DNA of 61,476 nt, filler included, from Platydemus manokwari (Eukaryota), in the NCBI GenBank assembly GCA_037951405.1. It is 6 parts of 6 records of this genome, joined end to end, with 100 filler letters (N's around TTAATTAATTAA, not from the genome) between each part and the next. Parts side by side here need not be neighbours in the genome. Positions count along the whole stretch, not along the records: positions 10,559 to 22,093 come from JBBMOY010616659.1; positions 22,194 to 32,240 come from JBBMOY011174989.1; 4 more parts are not named here. One strand, given 5' to 3'. The notes beneath the pieces were generated by a model that saw only the letters and a list, made by a program, of their open reading frames with translations, was not told where the DNA came from and ran no database searches. Positions 11,969-25,290 of the stretch are shown here, in pieces (the first letter of the stretch is position 1; the number at the start of each line of letters is the position of its first letter). Made by a program: the position numbers and the translations under genes.

Positions 11969-14900
11969 ATGATAATAACTAACGAACTGAGGTCGAAAGT
12001 TCTTCTCAAATTGTAATTTATTATAAGAACTTGTAATAGCTGATTTTACATTAATACATAGTAAAGCATTACATTCTAAACTCCAAACTGCAATATCGCC
12101 CGAACAACTCGAACGTTCTTGTTTCGATAAAGCTAATAATGATCAAGTAAGAAAATAAATACCTTGTTCTGATATTTGAAATATTTAGGAAACATATATC
12201 AAGCTATGCAATAATCTTGTTTCCAATCGTAAGTTGATTTCTTTTTTGGATATTAAATGATGGGAAATTTTCTAAATTGTGGTAAATATTGAAATATTTT
12301 TGCATGGTGGAAATATATTTATTTATATTACTAATGAGGCATTTTTAAAATTCTGAATTGTTTGTTTAAATTATAATCTCATACTGATTCATCTTTATTA
12401 TATCGCCATTATATATATGTGTGTGTATGTGTGTATGTGTGCTTGTGTGTATGGAGGGGTTTAATTCGCATTTTAATTTTTACTTTTTTTACAGGAACGA
12501 AACAGCTAGAAATGAAAAACAATACCAATGGTAATCAAGCGCCACTGTGTAATAATTCGAATATACGACCGAAAATAGTTGGACAAATCAACAATGGCGC
12601 TGTGCCTAATCCAATAACTGGTCTTCAAAATCCCGTGGGGTCAGCCGGTCCACCTGTTCCGATGAATATCCAACAAGCTAATCAACAAATTAATTATAGT
12701 AAGATGGGTTTAATTTTTATAAAACAATTGATATTTCTGGCTTTTTGAAATTTAATTTTTTTTTTTTTAATATTAATCTTGACAGATATTAGACAGCATT
12801 TAATATCGCACATTGATTGCTGGATAAATTATTATAATTACTGAATAGCATTTTAATATCGATTAATTTTTAGGAATGAATGCACAAAATATTGTTCCAA
12901 TGAATCCCAATGGTCAAATGCCAAATAGAATAGTGTTGACTGGAAACAGGGTTAATTTATTAATATTTATCTTGTTATTTCTGTATAATTCGATTATTTT
13001 ATTAATTCTTAACATGATATTAATAAAGAAAAATCTGTCGTTCAATAATATATTTATATCAATCTTGAAAATCATAACCGTGATATAAAAAAATAATATT
13101 TTAAGTACTTATGTGCATTGTTCTGACACCGATTTGTTATTATTTTAGCCAATGGAACAGTTAAGCATGCAACCACGGATTCCAGTCATCAATAATCCTC
13201 GGATGATATCATCTCAATACCAAGTTGGCGGCATTAATTCAATAAATGTTCTCAATAATGGGAATAATATACGATTGATGAAACAAAAGTAATAACAGTT
13301 ATCATTAATTTGAAAATATCGATCTAATTCATGTGATATAATTTCAATATTTAAATTTAAATATTGATTTTTAAAATTTCGTTTAATTGGCAAAATAATT
13401 TACAATAACGATTATTGAGTTTTTTTAATGAATAAATTTTCCACATTAAAAATGACTTCAGTACTAATGTGAAACCAAATGAAATCATTGCACCAATTCA
13501 AAAAGTACCTTCGACATCAACATTTCAAATGGATTCAAACGGAGGTAGGGTTGTTAGTGGGGTTAATAAATAATATTTAATAATTAATGATAATAATTGA
13601 TAATAATAATAAGTTTTGGTTCTTAATTTCATAGTATGGTAGCATAAATTTGTGATTGGCTAACAATAGTGTTTACCAATCAAAATATAATTGAATAAGA
13701 ATGATTGAATAGACCAGAGGTGGCCAACTTTTGTGTACGTAAGATCGACTTTTGATTTGAATAACATCTCACGCGGTCGACTAAAATTGGCTTCAAGATC
13801 AACCGGTTGGCCATCCCTGGAATAGACCATATATAAAACTAGATCGAATTAACCTGTTTGGTTATAATTTGATTAGCTTCATATTTAAAAGAAAATTTTA
13901 TTTGTATGATAAATTTTCGTAGAGTAAACTCTGTAAAAATAATATTTTTAGTCTTGCAGATTTTATTTTTTCAATAACACACCAATAACGTACTTTATTT
14001 GAAAAATTTATTATTTGTATTTATATCATTCATAAAAATACATTTTAACAACTATTAGGTCAAATTGGTAATCAACATATGCCAAATGCCATGCAAACAC
14101 GCGCGGTCCGTGGTCCAGTTAGCAGAATTATTTCTAGTATTCCAAATATATCAGTTCAACAACAATCTCCACAAAAACATGTAATAACGTCAAATCAAAT
14201 CGCTCCAACAGTTACAATTACTCAAAACAATGGTAATATCAAATCGGACCATATTTTAACATCTCATCAAAATATATCTTCAAAAAATAATGTTATCGAA
14301 AAAGCTGGTCCATCATCATCACAAAACGTACCCCTGCGACAAAATTTATCAGCACAATTGAAATCAACAATGTCACAACAAGATGTTCACAATGTGAAAG
14401 AAGAATTACTTAAAATGAACACAAAATATTCCAGATATATTCGAATTGCACTTGTTAATCCTTTGGAACAGGCAACGGATACAATAAAAGTCTGGTTGTT
14501 TTTGAAGGGCATATTTGATAGTTCCTGTACATTGAATAAGCGATTAACATCACAACAATGTTCAAAATCTAAAATGGTAAGTTTTTAATGCAAGGATTTT
14601 AATTTAGAAGATTAAGAACTTAATCGGATTGAAATTAAAAATTTTTTTTTCAATTTTAAGAATTTTCTTATGGCGGAATTTATTACTTGCCTGCTATTAT
14701 TATTCAGCAATTTAATTCAGATTTTTAGAACAAAGAAAATAGTCAAGATATTGAATCCCTTATACGAGAAAAGTCCATAACAATGATGCACGTTGTTAGA
14801 ATGCAGAGGGTAATTTTTATTGTTATTGGTTTATAGAAGATTCCACACAAATTCCACATTACAGTTTTCCAGACAATTTTAGCTTAAATTATGCCAACTA

Positions 14901-16663
14901 TTTAGATTATAGCTTAAATAAATGACAAAAATATTTACTCGTTATACAAATTATTTCAGTATTGTGAAAGAGCTGAAGAACATGTGATACAAAACAATCT
15001 TGACCCGACAGAATCCCAGCCATTAGCTTTAATAAATAATCAAGAGTAAATATATTCATTAACGGAAAAAATAAATCATTATTTAAAAGTAAACTTATTG
15101 CTGAAGCAAATGAAATTCCAGTGGATGCTGAAACTAATGAAAGTGATGAATCGAGTCAGACAATCGATGGTAAATTCGACACAATTATTCATAAAATCAA
15201 AAAACAAAAGCCTTCCAATACTCGAAAAGTCCAGGAAGATCTTCTTAAATATGTAATTCGTGAAACAATCAAATAATTTTCAAATATTTATTATTTTCAT
15301 AGCTAAAAAATGAGAACCCCGAATTTTTGAAACGGTTACCACAGTATTTGCTAAATAAAGCAAGTTTTTTAATATTTTGTTATAACAATCACTATTATAC
15401 TCAAATAGTTTTTAATCCAAGTACGATAATATTTAAGTAAAATTGAAAAACTCTAATAATTAGCTTTGTATATCGATTAGACATAATATTTCAATATTAA
15501 TAATCGGCTTTATGAAGATTTCATTTGTTTATCCCAATTTTAACTATAGCACTGTGGTTAATGTGATGTTTACAATTTTATTTGATTCATTAGTTCATTA
15601 ATTTTTTTGCTAAGGTGTTATGATAGCAATTTATCAAGTGGATTTATTTTTGTCGAATTTAAAACATCATTTTAATATTTATGGCGAAATCTTGTAAGAA
15701 ATGCTTCTTCTCTATTTATTTTTTTGACGGTTTTATTTATGAACATTTCTATAACAAATTTCTATGAAAAATTATCCTTAAGAAGTCACTTATTTTGAAA
15801 TAATCATATTCTGCTTTCAGCCGGCAATAACTGAAAAGAAAAATGAAAAGTACGATAAAGTATAATGGATAATGAATTTTAAGTCTTCTTATTATAATAT
15901 TTGAATCATTTTAGCACGAGTTCGATTTTATTGATGAAATACTAAAAAACGATTATGATATTCCTTTAAAACACACCGTTGATTCTGGTAAAGAAGGTTT
16001 GTTGGAGACCGATGTGGTTTTGGGTATGGGTTTATGTGCTTCCAAGCTCATTTTTATACATATATTGTGTAGATTATTATGCTAACGAAAGGCCTAACGC
16101 GAAAAAAGAGTTAACATTCCTGGAACAAGAATTCGAAATCAATGAAATTCAACGACAACCGAGAACCAATGAATGGGTCAGCGGACAACGTGATTGGAAT
16201 AATGGAAGATTTTATTCACTGACATATAGGGACGCTGTAAAAAATAATAACGAAAATTATTTGATTATTTGTAATTATTGAAGGATTTACCATTTGATGT
16301 TCCACCAATTTTCGTTCGTATTCCCGAAAATTATGAACAAAGTTCTTCAGTGGATTTTAATTTGAATTTGTTGCAATATGGAAGCACATTTTCTTCGGAA
16401 GCCAATGACTTTTTGACACATGTTGAAAGTGCTCTTCAAGGAAATTTCTCGGATATACGCTCAAACCCTAATAGTGGTGTTCCATTATTGGAGCTTTTAA
16501 ATATTTATGTAAGTGGTGATGCCATGGAAATTAACATTTATTGATTTTTTATGTTGCAAATTGTTGTTTTATTGATGTGTTTTTATTTTTGTAGAAAGAA
16601 GGCATTCGTAATGGCTTATTCGAATACAGAGCTGATAATGAAATATGGAGTGTTTTAAGTTGA
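11969..16663 (+). CDS. MED15: Mediator subunit 15-like (N-terminal KIX domain, N/Q/P-rich middle, Med15 C-terminal domain)
   Basis: About 17 phase-consistent exons from ATG 11969 to TGA 16661-16663. The N-terminus MIITNELRSKVLLKFKALHSKLQTAISPEQLERSCFDKANNDQETYIKLCNNLV is KIX-like. The middle is low-complexity N/Q/P/M. The C-terminal DLPFDVPPIFVRIPENY resembles Med15 LPSVPPL.L.VP.DYP. Confidence 0.75.
13715..13819. mobile_element. 105-bp hAT (Buster-type) MITE in a MED15 intron
   Basis: TIRs CAGAGGTGGCCAAC / GTTGGCCATCCCTG. Perfect 8-bp TSD GAATAGAC (13707-13714, 13820-13827) with central TA. Confidence 0.92.
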
Positions 16664-19600
16664 GCCAATGCTAGTATCGCAACATTGACCAAAGATTGAT
16701 ATGTGTGTTATTTATGATCACGTGATTTGTTCTTACACGAAGCCTCGTTTGTGTGTATTTTATGATGACGATGTCTTATTTTTTCAATAATAAATGAGGT
16801 TGATTTGTGATTTGGTTTTTATTGGATATTTTATGAAGATGATAAACAACAATCACGTGATAAAGAAAGAATAATACTATTCGTTTCTCATTTCTTTTTT
16901 AAAATTTGCAATTAAGTTTTTTAGATTTTAAATACAATAATTGAGATGAATAAATAACTAAAATAGAGCCATTTGCATTATTAATTGCTCGATAAGTACT
17001 GGGAGGTGCTATATGTTTAGATTTTATATTAAATTTTACAAGCTATTTACGTCTGTCATCTTAGTGTTAAAATGCTATGTGAATAAAACTGGCAAATATG
17101 TTGAAAAATATTGAAATTATTAACTTTATTACTGTGAGAAGAAACAGCAAATCTAATGATACGAAAAACATGAATTCGCATAACAGGCATATGTTTGACA
17201 GTACATGACTGACAATGTTCTTTCGTTTAGTGATCCATTTATAAATAATCAAGACAAGCAATCTAATAAATGTTGAAGATATAAAGATGTGGAATGTAAA
17301 TGAGCTAATATTCAACCCAAACACTCACCCGGGATACTATAATTACAATCGACATGAAATATTAAAATTAAAATTCTTAACGAACTTTTTGTTGAAAATA
17401 GCATCATATTATTTTTTGGCAAAGAAGATAATTGTTTTAATTGATTGACTTATTAAAAATATTTTGTAAGCTTTGTAATTATTGTAATATGATTATAGTC
17501 ACATCAGTTTATAAATCAGCTTTTAATTTAACTTGTTTTTTCAAACTAAAGTCATGAAACTTGGTCGATAACAGTAATATACACATAAAAGATAAATACA
17601 CATACAGCCAAAATAAGGCTTATTTGTAGAACACAGGGAAGATCAAAATTGTTTTCTAGTCTTGCAAATGTTTGTTAATAGGCAGTCATTACTTCAATTT
17701 GTGAACTGGTCCGCACTATACGTCGTATGTATTCAAGTCCTGGATACTTTTCACTCTACGGAATCGACGATGGTTATGGCCTACCATCAGACTTAACAGG
17801 GAAATACGATCACTTTCATTGTTGAAAAATTTGATCTGTCCAGTAGAATACCTGAAATACTTACAGAACCATGTGGTTAAATATAGTTAAATACATTATC
17901 GCCCGGGTAGAATAGGAGGTAAAGATTGAGTCATTAGTCGATAAGGTTTGCCAAGTCCGAAGGCAAGGCGAGCCAGTCCGGTAAGCGAAAGCAAATATCG
18001 GTAATTAGGAGTTCATTATGTGACGAATAAATGAGATCATCAGGTGATGAGTAATTTGGAAGTGTGATTGATGTTAATTAGGAATGATAGTGATAATGGT
18101 GATGACAGTGAGAATTATGGATGACAAGATGAGCTCCAAGATTGTCAGTTATATTATTGTGTTGTTGATGATTTAGAATGGAGAGGTGAAAATGCAGTTG
18201 TTATTTGTTTTCTTGTATTATCATAGCGAATGTGGCTCCAGTAGGCATTGTTGGCAGACCGGCGCAGTCTAAAAGATTTAAAACCTTAGCTTTTTTGAGG
18301 GTCCAGGAATCAGGAATACCAAGATTTATGACGTCAAGGTAAGGTCATGCCGATTACAACCGATTTAAAAATTTATTAACCTTGGATTAGCATCTGAAAT
18401 ATTTGCTTTTTTATTTTATGAATATAATATCCAAGAGTTTTTTGAAAAGATTTATTTATTTCAAAAGAAATAAAATTAATAATATGGCCTAATTAGTTTC
18501 ATTAAGTTTCATAATTGATTTTTAGTTTATGGTTAAATTTTTATGGCTCAATAGTATGTATTATTATAATTATGTGGACTGAAAATTTTAATATTGTTCG
18601 AATTACATTGTATGATTTATTAATTGACTGTTATCATACATTTCAATTATTTGTTCACGTCGCACTCTAGCCATAATGTACATTTTATATAAGTTTCAGA
18701 AGCTCATTTGTTATTTCTTTCAGTCTCAAAAATAACTTTTGTGCTTGTCTTTTGTCAGTCTCGTCTCATTATAACGATAAGAATATGATGCCGCTGATAA
18801 TGATTGGCAACTCTAAAATAACTGAAATAACACCCGTTTAACTTTCTCAATGGAAAACAATTTATATTTAACACCTATTGCAATAGGATTCTCAATTTTT
18901 AATTTTATGTGGCAATAAGCAAAACGACATACATGTTATAATTTCCTTGCTAGATTGTGATTTTGAAGACCCTTTCATCGTGCACAAATAGAATATAGAT
19001 TATCAACATTAATTTATAGAGTTTTACACTTGCTGTTCTTTTATGATGATAAATCGATGTAGGTCTAGGTTTGTTATCTGATACTCGAATATACTAGACA
19101 AATTTTAAAAATTATGCTCTTGGTATCTGCGACATGCTTTGGAGGTTATAAAATCGAATTCGTGTTTTCTAACAAACTAGTAATTTCAAAATTGAATAGT
19201 GAAAATGGATATTTATAGTGGAGTTTAACTTGTAATTTTTATCAGGATTTCAGTTGTATCGAAGACCAGTTAATGAAGCCAAATCCTATAAATTAAAAAA
19301 ATGTTCAATCCCCTCATGTCCTACTCGAAACACAAGAAAAAACAAAAATACATAGTTAAAAATAATATCGATTTTTCAATTTAAAAATGAATGGTTATGA
19401 CATAAGCAAAAGAGTGAAGGAATTGAGAAAAATCATTGCTTATTAAAAGAAATTAAATAAGAAGGCAGATGAGAAACAATATTCTTAAATTTTATTAAAT
19501 CAAGACATAACCGAATTTCATCACACAAATTTAGAACCATAAATTACCTTAAATATTTGAGCGATATATTTTTAGAGGATAAAAATGAGGGTTTACAAGC

Positions 19601-20100
19601 TTTTTAGAAAAAACTAAATCTATGACTTAAAAGCCCACTTAGCTACTAAAATTTTTAAACCAGATGGATTAATCTCCTTACATCAGACCAAAATTATAGA
19701 TAAATGATATAAACAACTTTCAACACATAAAAATAACTCATTTATAATAAGACAAAATAACAACTATTAAAAAGATTAAGTTTAATTATGTTGTCCGATA
19801 AGCCTTCCAAACCTCCGGTTTGACGAATATTTTTAAATTTTTCTAATATTTTCCAAATACAAAAATATATTATAATTATTACTTTTACCTAAAATATATT
19901 TAATTTTAATTAAATATAGTGAATTTTTTTGATTTTTTTAAAATTTCACAAATGTCTACAGTGATCTATATTTTTTAAGTTAAAATTCAATTTTGTGCTT
20001 ATTTTTTGGTAATTGTTTATATAGACTTATTTGGTTATTCGACTAATTTGAAGTACACGGATTATTTTAAAATTTGAACGTATTTTGAATTGAAAATAAA

Positions 20101-20346
20101 ATGTTTGAAAAAGAATCAAGTACTATAGATGATTTTATGTATGCTGCAACTGTGGCTCAATCACACGTCTCTGTTCGATTGGGTAACTATTCGTAAATAT
20201 TTATTGCAAGTTTTAATACAATTAATACAAATAGGTTTTTTGCGAAAAGTTTATGGTATTTTATCGGTTCAGTTGGCACTAACAACCGTTATTGGTTGTG
20301 TAATGATGTATTTTAAAGAGGCGATTCGGGTATTTTTAACTGGAAA
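20101..20346 (+). CDS. TMBIM4: Lifeguard-4/TMBIM4 (BI-1 family), first two exons only (20101-20182, 20235-20346)
   Basis: MFEKESSTIDDFMYAATVAQSHVSVRLGFLRKVYGILSVQLALTTVIG matches the family pattern DDF.Y...VA......R..FLRKVY.ILS.Q. I could not find the remaining exons. Confidence 0.88.
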
Positions 20347-22093
20347 GTTAGTTTTATTAGTTATTTTTTTTTATAATTACGGTATTCATTCAGTATTGTT
20401 CTTTGATTTATTCTATGTAATTTTTTTTTAATTTCTGATTCCATATTGTTTTGATAAATGTGATTAACATTATTTGTATTGTTTAAATATTATTTTGGTT
20501 TTCTTAATTATTTTTCATAAATATTTTTGACAAATGTGAGTGACTAAAATTTGGGTCACCTTCATGTAATATCCAAATCTTAAGGTGTTGAATCTTTGCT
20601 CGAATTAGTCAAACATTGTCTGAGTTCCTTAAGACACCGCATTAAAAACAACGGTCTCCATGGTAAAACTAAGCGTACGATTCAAAGGTGGTTTATACAT
20701 AAATGAAAGTGTTTTTAATAAATAATTTAACAAGTATTTATTAATAATAAATATTTTTTTATGTTAAATAAATGTTTGGGAACTTTAAAAAATTTTTTCA
20801 TGATAAAAAGTGAGATTTTTACGCACTATTAATTATTTGATAAATTATCGGGAACAATCGAATTTGCAATCTGTAAACCCTATTTATCAATGAATATAAT
20901 TTCTGATTTATAAACTATAATTAATTTGCAGCCTGTCATGAAGGTTTTAAGGTTTCATTAAATCATTTGCTTGTGTAGAATAAATCGAGTGACTGGTTAT
21001 TGTGAGAGTTATTTTTATCTCCAAGAAAACAACAATTAAATCAACTCTTATGACATTTACCAGATTTTATTTCCATTTACGTCTTGGATAAATAAAATGT
21101 TGTTAACTTTACACTTAACAATGTCAATATTGCGAAGTGTTTTTATAGTTGCTATAGATAAATATTGACACAACACATTTGAGAGTAATATTTATTCAAT
21201 AATATCAAAGAGAAGGGAAAGTTTTGGTGAATAAGTTTAGTGGAAATTGAATTAACGGCTGAATTAATTTATAATCATATTCTAAAAATATGGTCAAGAA
21301 CAATAATCAATACATATCATTCAAGAAATTATTAAGGGCACCAGAGCAGATGGTTTTTGACCACTTATCAAAAATTAGATTTCGTCACCACCTACTTGTT
21401 TTTTTTGTTAGAGATGGTCATGCATGAATCTACTCAAATATGTTCCCATTTCTGTGTTTAGCTCACATTATTATCTGGATTTAAAATATAAACAAACAAA
21501 TAAACAAATAATGTGTTTATACAATAAATTCAACTTGCAAATATTATGTTATTTCAATGGATCAATAGATTAGATTTTGTGAAACTTTATTATTGAATTA
21601 GCACATGTATTCATATACAAATATATGTGTATAGATAAAACTATTTTGGTAATTGATCATTGTTGTATGGTGTTTTGAGCTGAAAGAATAAAAGTTCAAC
21701 AAGAATGCGAAGGTTTATTGATTAATGAATATAAATAATATTGGCTTAATAGTTTCAATGGTTTAATTTTTGATACACATTAATAGATGATATTTTATGT
21801 CATTAAGTCACAAAGGTTTATTAAACATTTATGAAAATAAGAAGAACATTATAAATATTAAATTTAATATTGTTATAATATATAGATTCTCATTTCTAAT
21901 ATGAGTAAATAAATCGTAAAATAATTAAGAAGTTCAATGTATTATTTTAAAATAATCACACAAATATTCACTGTGTTGTACATTGGTAGAATTAATTATA
22001 TGTGATTTCTTGTTTCAATTTCAAGAAATGTTGGCAATATTGACAGAAAAATGTAAAATTTTCTTGTATTTTATTAGTAGGATTTAAAGAATA

Positions 22094-22193
22094 NNNNNNN
22101 NNNNNNNNNNNNNNNNNNNNNNNNNNNNNNNNNNNNNTTAATTAATTAANNNNNNNNNNNNNNNNNNNNNNNNNNNNNNNNNNNNNNNNNNNN
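22094..22193. other. Assembly spacer 44N-TTAATTAATTAA-44N
   Basis: Same structure as the other spacers; followed by (TA)n. Confidence 0.97.
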
Positions 22194-24273
22194 TATATAT
22201 ATATATACATGATATATACATGTTCAGTGAAATATCTTCCGTCACAAGTATTTTCTGGATTGACTGTCATTTTAATCCGTTATTTTTTTCATGTGTTTTC
22301 ATTTGGTAATAAATATTTTTCTGTCTTATATTTATAAGTTATCATATTTTGTTCATCTTAAATCTAAAAATGTTGAGCAGCTGTCTAATTATTAATACAA
22401 ATTATTTTTCTTTCTTCCACGAGTACTATTTCTAGCTATGGAAAATATTCGAAAATTCTTATAAAAATACAAATGGTTTTTTAAAACCATTATTATTATA
22501 TGTCACTATATCTTAAACTGTTTATTATTTTCATAAAATATGTTATCAAATTTGAGTATATATTATTGTGATGTGTTTCGGTTTTATAATGCTTTATCAG
22601 TCTCAATATTTTATAAATTAATACTATGGATCAATGCCGTCTTGATCAGTCTCAATGAGTTCTGATCAACCCCAATGTACAATCTATAAAACCTTAATTT
22701 ACTATTTCCTATATACTATTTGATGATAGTATAATCGACAGCAATTATCCGAATATTATGATTTTACTATCAGCTCGAACTTGGTTATCCTACAACTATG
22801 CTAGCTATTTTATCAAATCAGCAACTATTGAATATAGTAAGTTTTATTGATATATAAATATACACCGAATATACAAATTACAAAAAATATACATTCCGTG
22901 CAAAATAAAGAAATGTTTCAATTTTTTCTGATAGTGGATAAAATTGGATATTAAAATAACTTTTTACAAACTTCAATAAAAACCAACTAATTTGTACAAT
23001 TCAATTACTTTCGAAAAATTAATAAAATATACATAAAAGTTATAAATTACTATGATATACATTTATACTGTTTATAAAATTGGCATTGTTATAATTGTAA
23101 GAATTTACATTTGTATTTGAGGATTGAATTTGTCAAAACCCCAACAGTTATTATCAGTGTTATCATAATTTCTATTATTATCTGTCTCCAATGGGTGCAG
23201 CCTCGTTATAGATAAGATGAATAATTATATTAAAATAAAATATATTGTAGGACAATACTTGTAGGACAAATACTAATGGTAAACCATAATAATTAAATAT
23301 TACTGATTACAAATAAAAGTTACTGAAAATAACAAATAAACAGGGAATTCTAGTTAAATTAATTACGTATTTTAACAGTTATTGTTCCACGAGAGGTAAT
23401 ATCCTTTATACTATTAGCTTTGCTAATACTTGGGATCTAATAATGCAGCGATTATGGGAGACAAGAAGATGGATTCTGGTTTTTGAGTTTAGATATTAAT
23501 TACAATTTGGTTGGACTGGATCCAGGCCAAACATGTTGATGAAAATTAAGGTCTTTTTTATCTTATTAATAAAAAGTTTCATTAAGATGTATAACTCTAT
23601 TTACTTGCTGAGAGAAATAAAATAATTTAATATATATATAACCGATTGTATTCGCGTTACAATAATGTTTATTGACAAAACAAGTGTAATTTTATGCGTT
23701 TCTCATGAACTTCTTTCTGTTTTTATACAATATTCTACCATTTCGTGAAAATTTACTTTATTCTCTCACACTAATTCACAAATTTTCTTGGATTTGGAGT
23801 CGACATCCAAATTATTTAGATCTTTTTCTATATATCACCTGGTACTTTTCACAACTTATTATTTTTTTTTCACTTTTCGACTGCTTTGTAGCAATCTGGT
23901 TCCAGTTGTATCAACTATCCTTGTAATATTGGATGTACATTTTTTTTCTGATGAGACGTCACTTTGCTTAACCCATTATTTAGACAAATTTTTCTTGGCT
24001 GTTCCACTAATAGATACATTTCTATAGAATCTTGTTTTTATACAAAAAGTGTCTTTAACTTTAGATCAGTAATAAAGAAAGTTTATACATTAATTACCTG
24101 TCGAAATTCTTCAGTGAAAGAATTAACAGATTGCCTATTTTAAAAAGGAAACTCAATTTACTAAAACATGAAACTAGTAAATATATTGAAAAAAACATCC
24201 TATGATAATTTCTAACGAATAAATTAAGGGTTAATGTTTCGATCAAGACTTATAGTTTCTCAAAAATATTGCT

Positions 24274-25290
24274 TTATCTGTCATCAAAACCATAGTTCAA
24301 ATGATAGAAGTCAGTGAGAGTGCTGCAAGAAGACTCTGACGAGAGAAAATCTGAAGCTTGGAGCTCATCTAGCTCTATTTGCACGTCAGAAGGAGCGTCT
24401 TCGTATGAAAAGTCAAAAAAAGTGCTGATGATCTTAAACTCTTGTAAATGAGAATGTACATAAGTAAAGCGCAAAGAGAATACATTTCCCAGAGTTGAGA
24501 GCACCCTGGTGCATGCAACAGAGTCAACAAGGGCTACTTCACACTGTGCGAGTTGAGGGAAATGAACGCCGTTGCTTTATACAGCTTTTCCCCCCATAAA
24601 ATCAACTTCATTTCGAATTTGGCCATGTGAGCTTCCATATTCGTGATGAGTACATCACGTTCTTGCAAGTTTAAACTGAGTTCGTTAAGGTGAGAACAAA
24701 TATCACTGAGAAAGACAAGCCTACATAGCCAAATCTCTTCAGCAAATTCTTCAAACTCTCCGAGACATCTCTCACTGACGAAGGAGACTGTCACGACTGA
24801 GCAAGGGAACCTCAGAATGGTGAAGGAAATTATTATAATCAGCTTCGCATATTTGCTTAAAGATGTGGTGATTTAGAGGACGAGCAAGCACTGCGTTCAC
24901 TAATTTCACTACAACAGATATAATATCCTTCATCTCTGCCGCATTGGCACATAATGACTCCTAGTGGATAAAGCAGTGCATCTTGTGTATCTTCTGAGTA
25001 CATCCAAGAGAGTGGCAATTAAATCTGACCCTGAATGGTGCATTATCAGTGGTTATCGGGAAGAGTTTTGACAAATCGAACTCATTTAAATTCGGTTAAA
25101 GGGCGTTAAGAATATCTTTGTCAGTCGTCGCTATCTTCATTGGTGTGATGCTACGCACAAAGACGGCCAGCTGAGCAGTAACCTTAATATAACAGCTCTC
25201 GTTCAAGGCGAAAAAGAACACATCTAGGTTTTTGAATTTCGTTAACATCGAAGACAGGGCATCGAAGGCGAACTCTTCCAAGCGTCGAAC
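24274..25290 (-). mobile_element. Degenerate hAT transposase, Buster/GTF2IRD2/SPIN-like
   Basis: FFALNESCYIKVTAQLAVFVR (cf. SLALDESTD...AQLAIFIR), ITTDNAP, HCFIH*ESLCA, WLCRLVFLSDICSHLNELSLNLQ, DVQIELDELQ. Contains stops and frameshifts. Confidence 0.9.

Noticed and set aside
15979-16544. Overlapping ORFs 15979-16281 and 16278-16544 suggesting a frameshift or operon-like coupling
   Set aside because: Explained by a ~47-nt GT-AG intron (~16237-16283) in MED15.
23945-23975. CTGATGA cores here and near 46314, 49170 and 60420 as possible hammerhead ribozymes
   Set aside because: No properly placed stem II plus GAAA.
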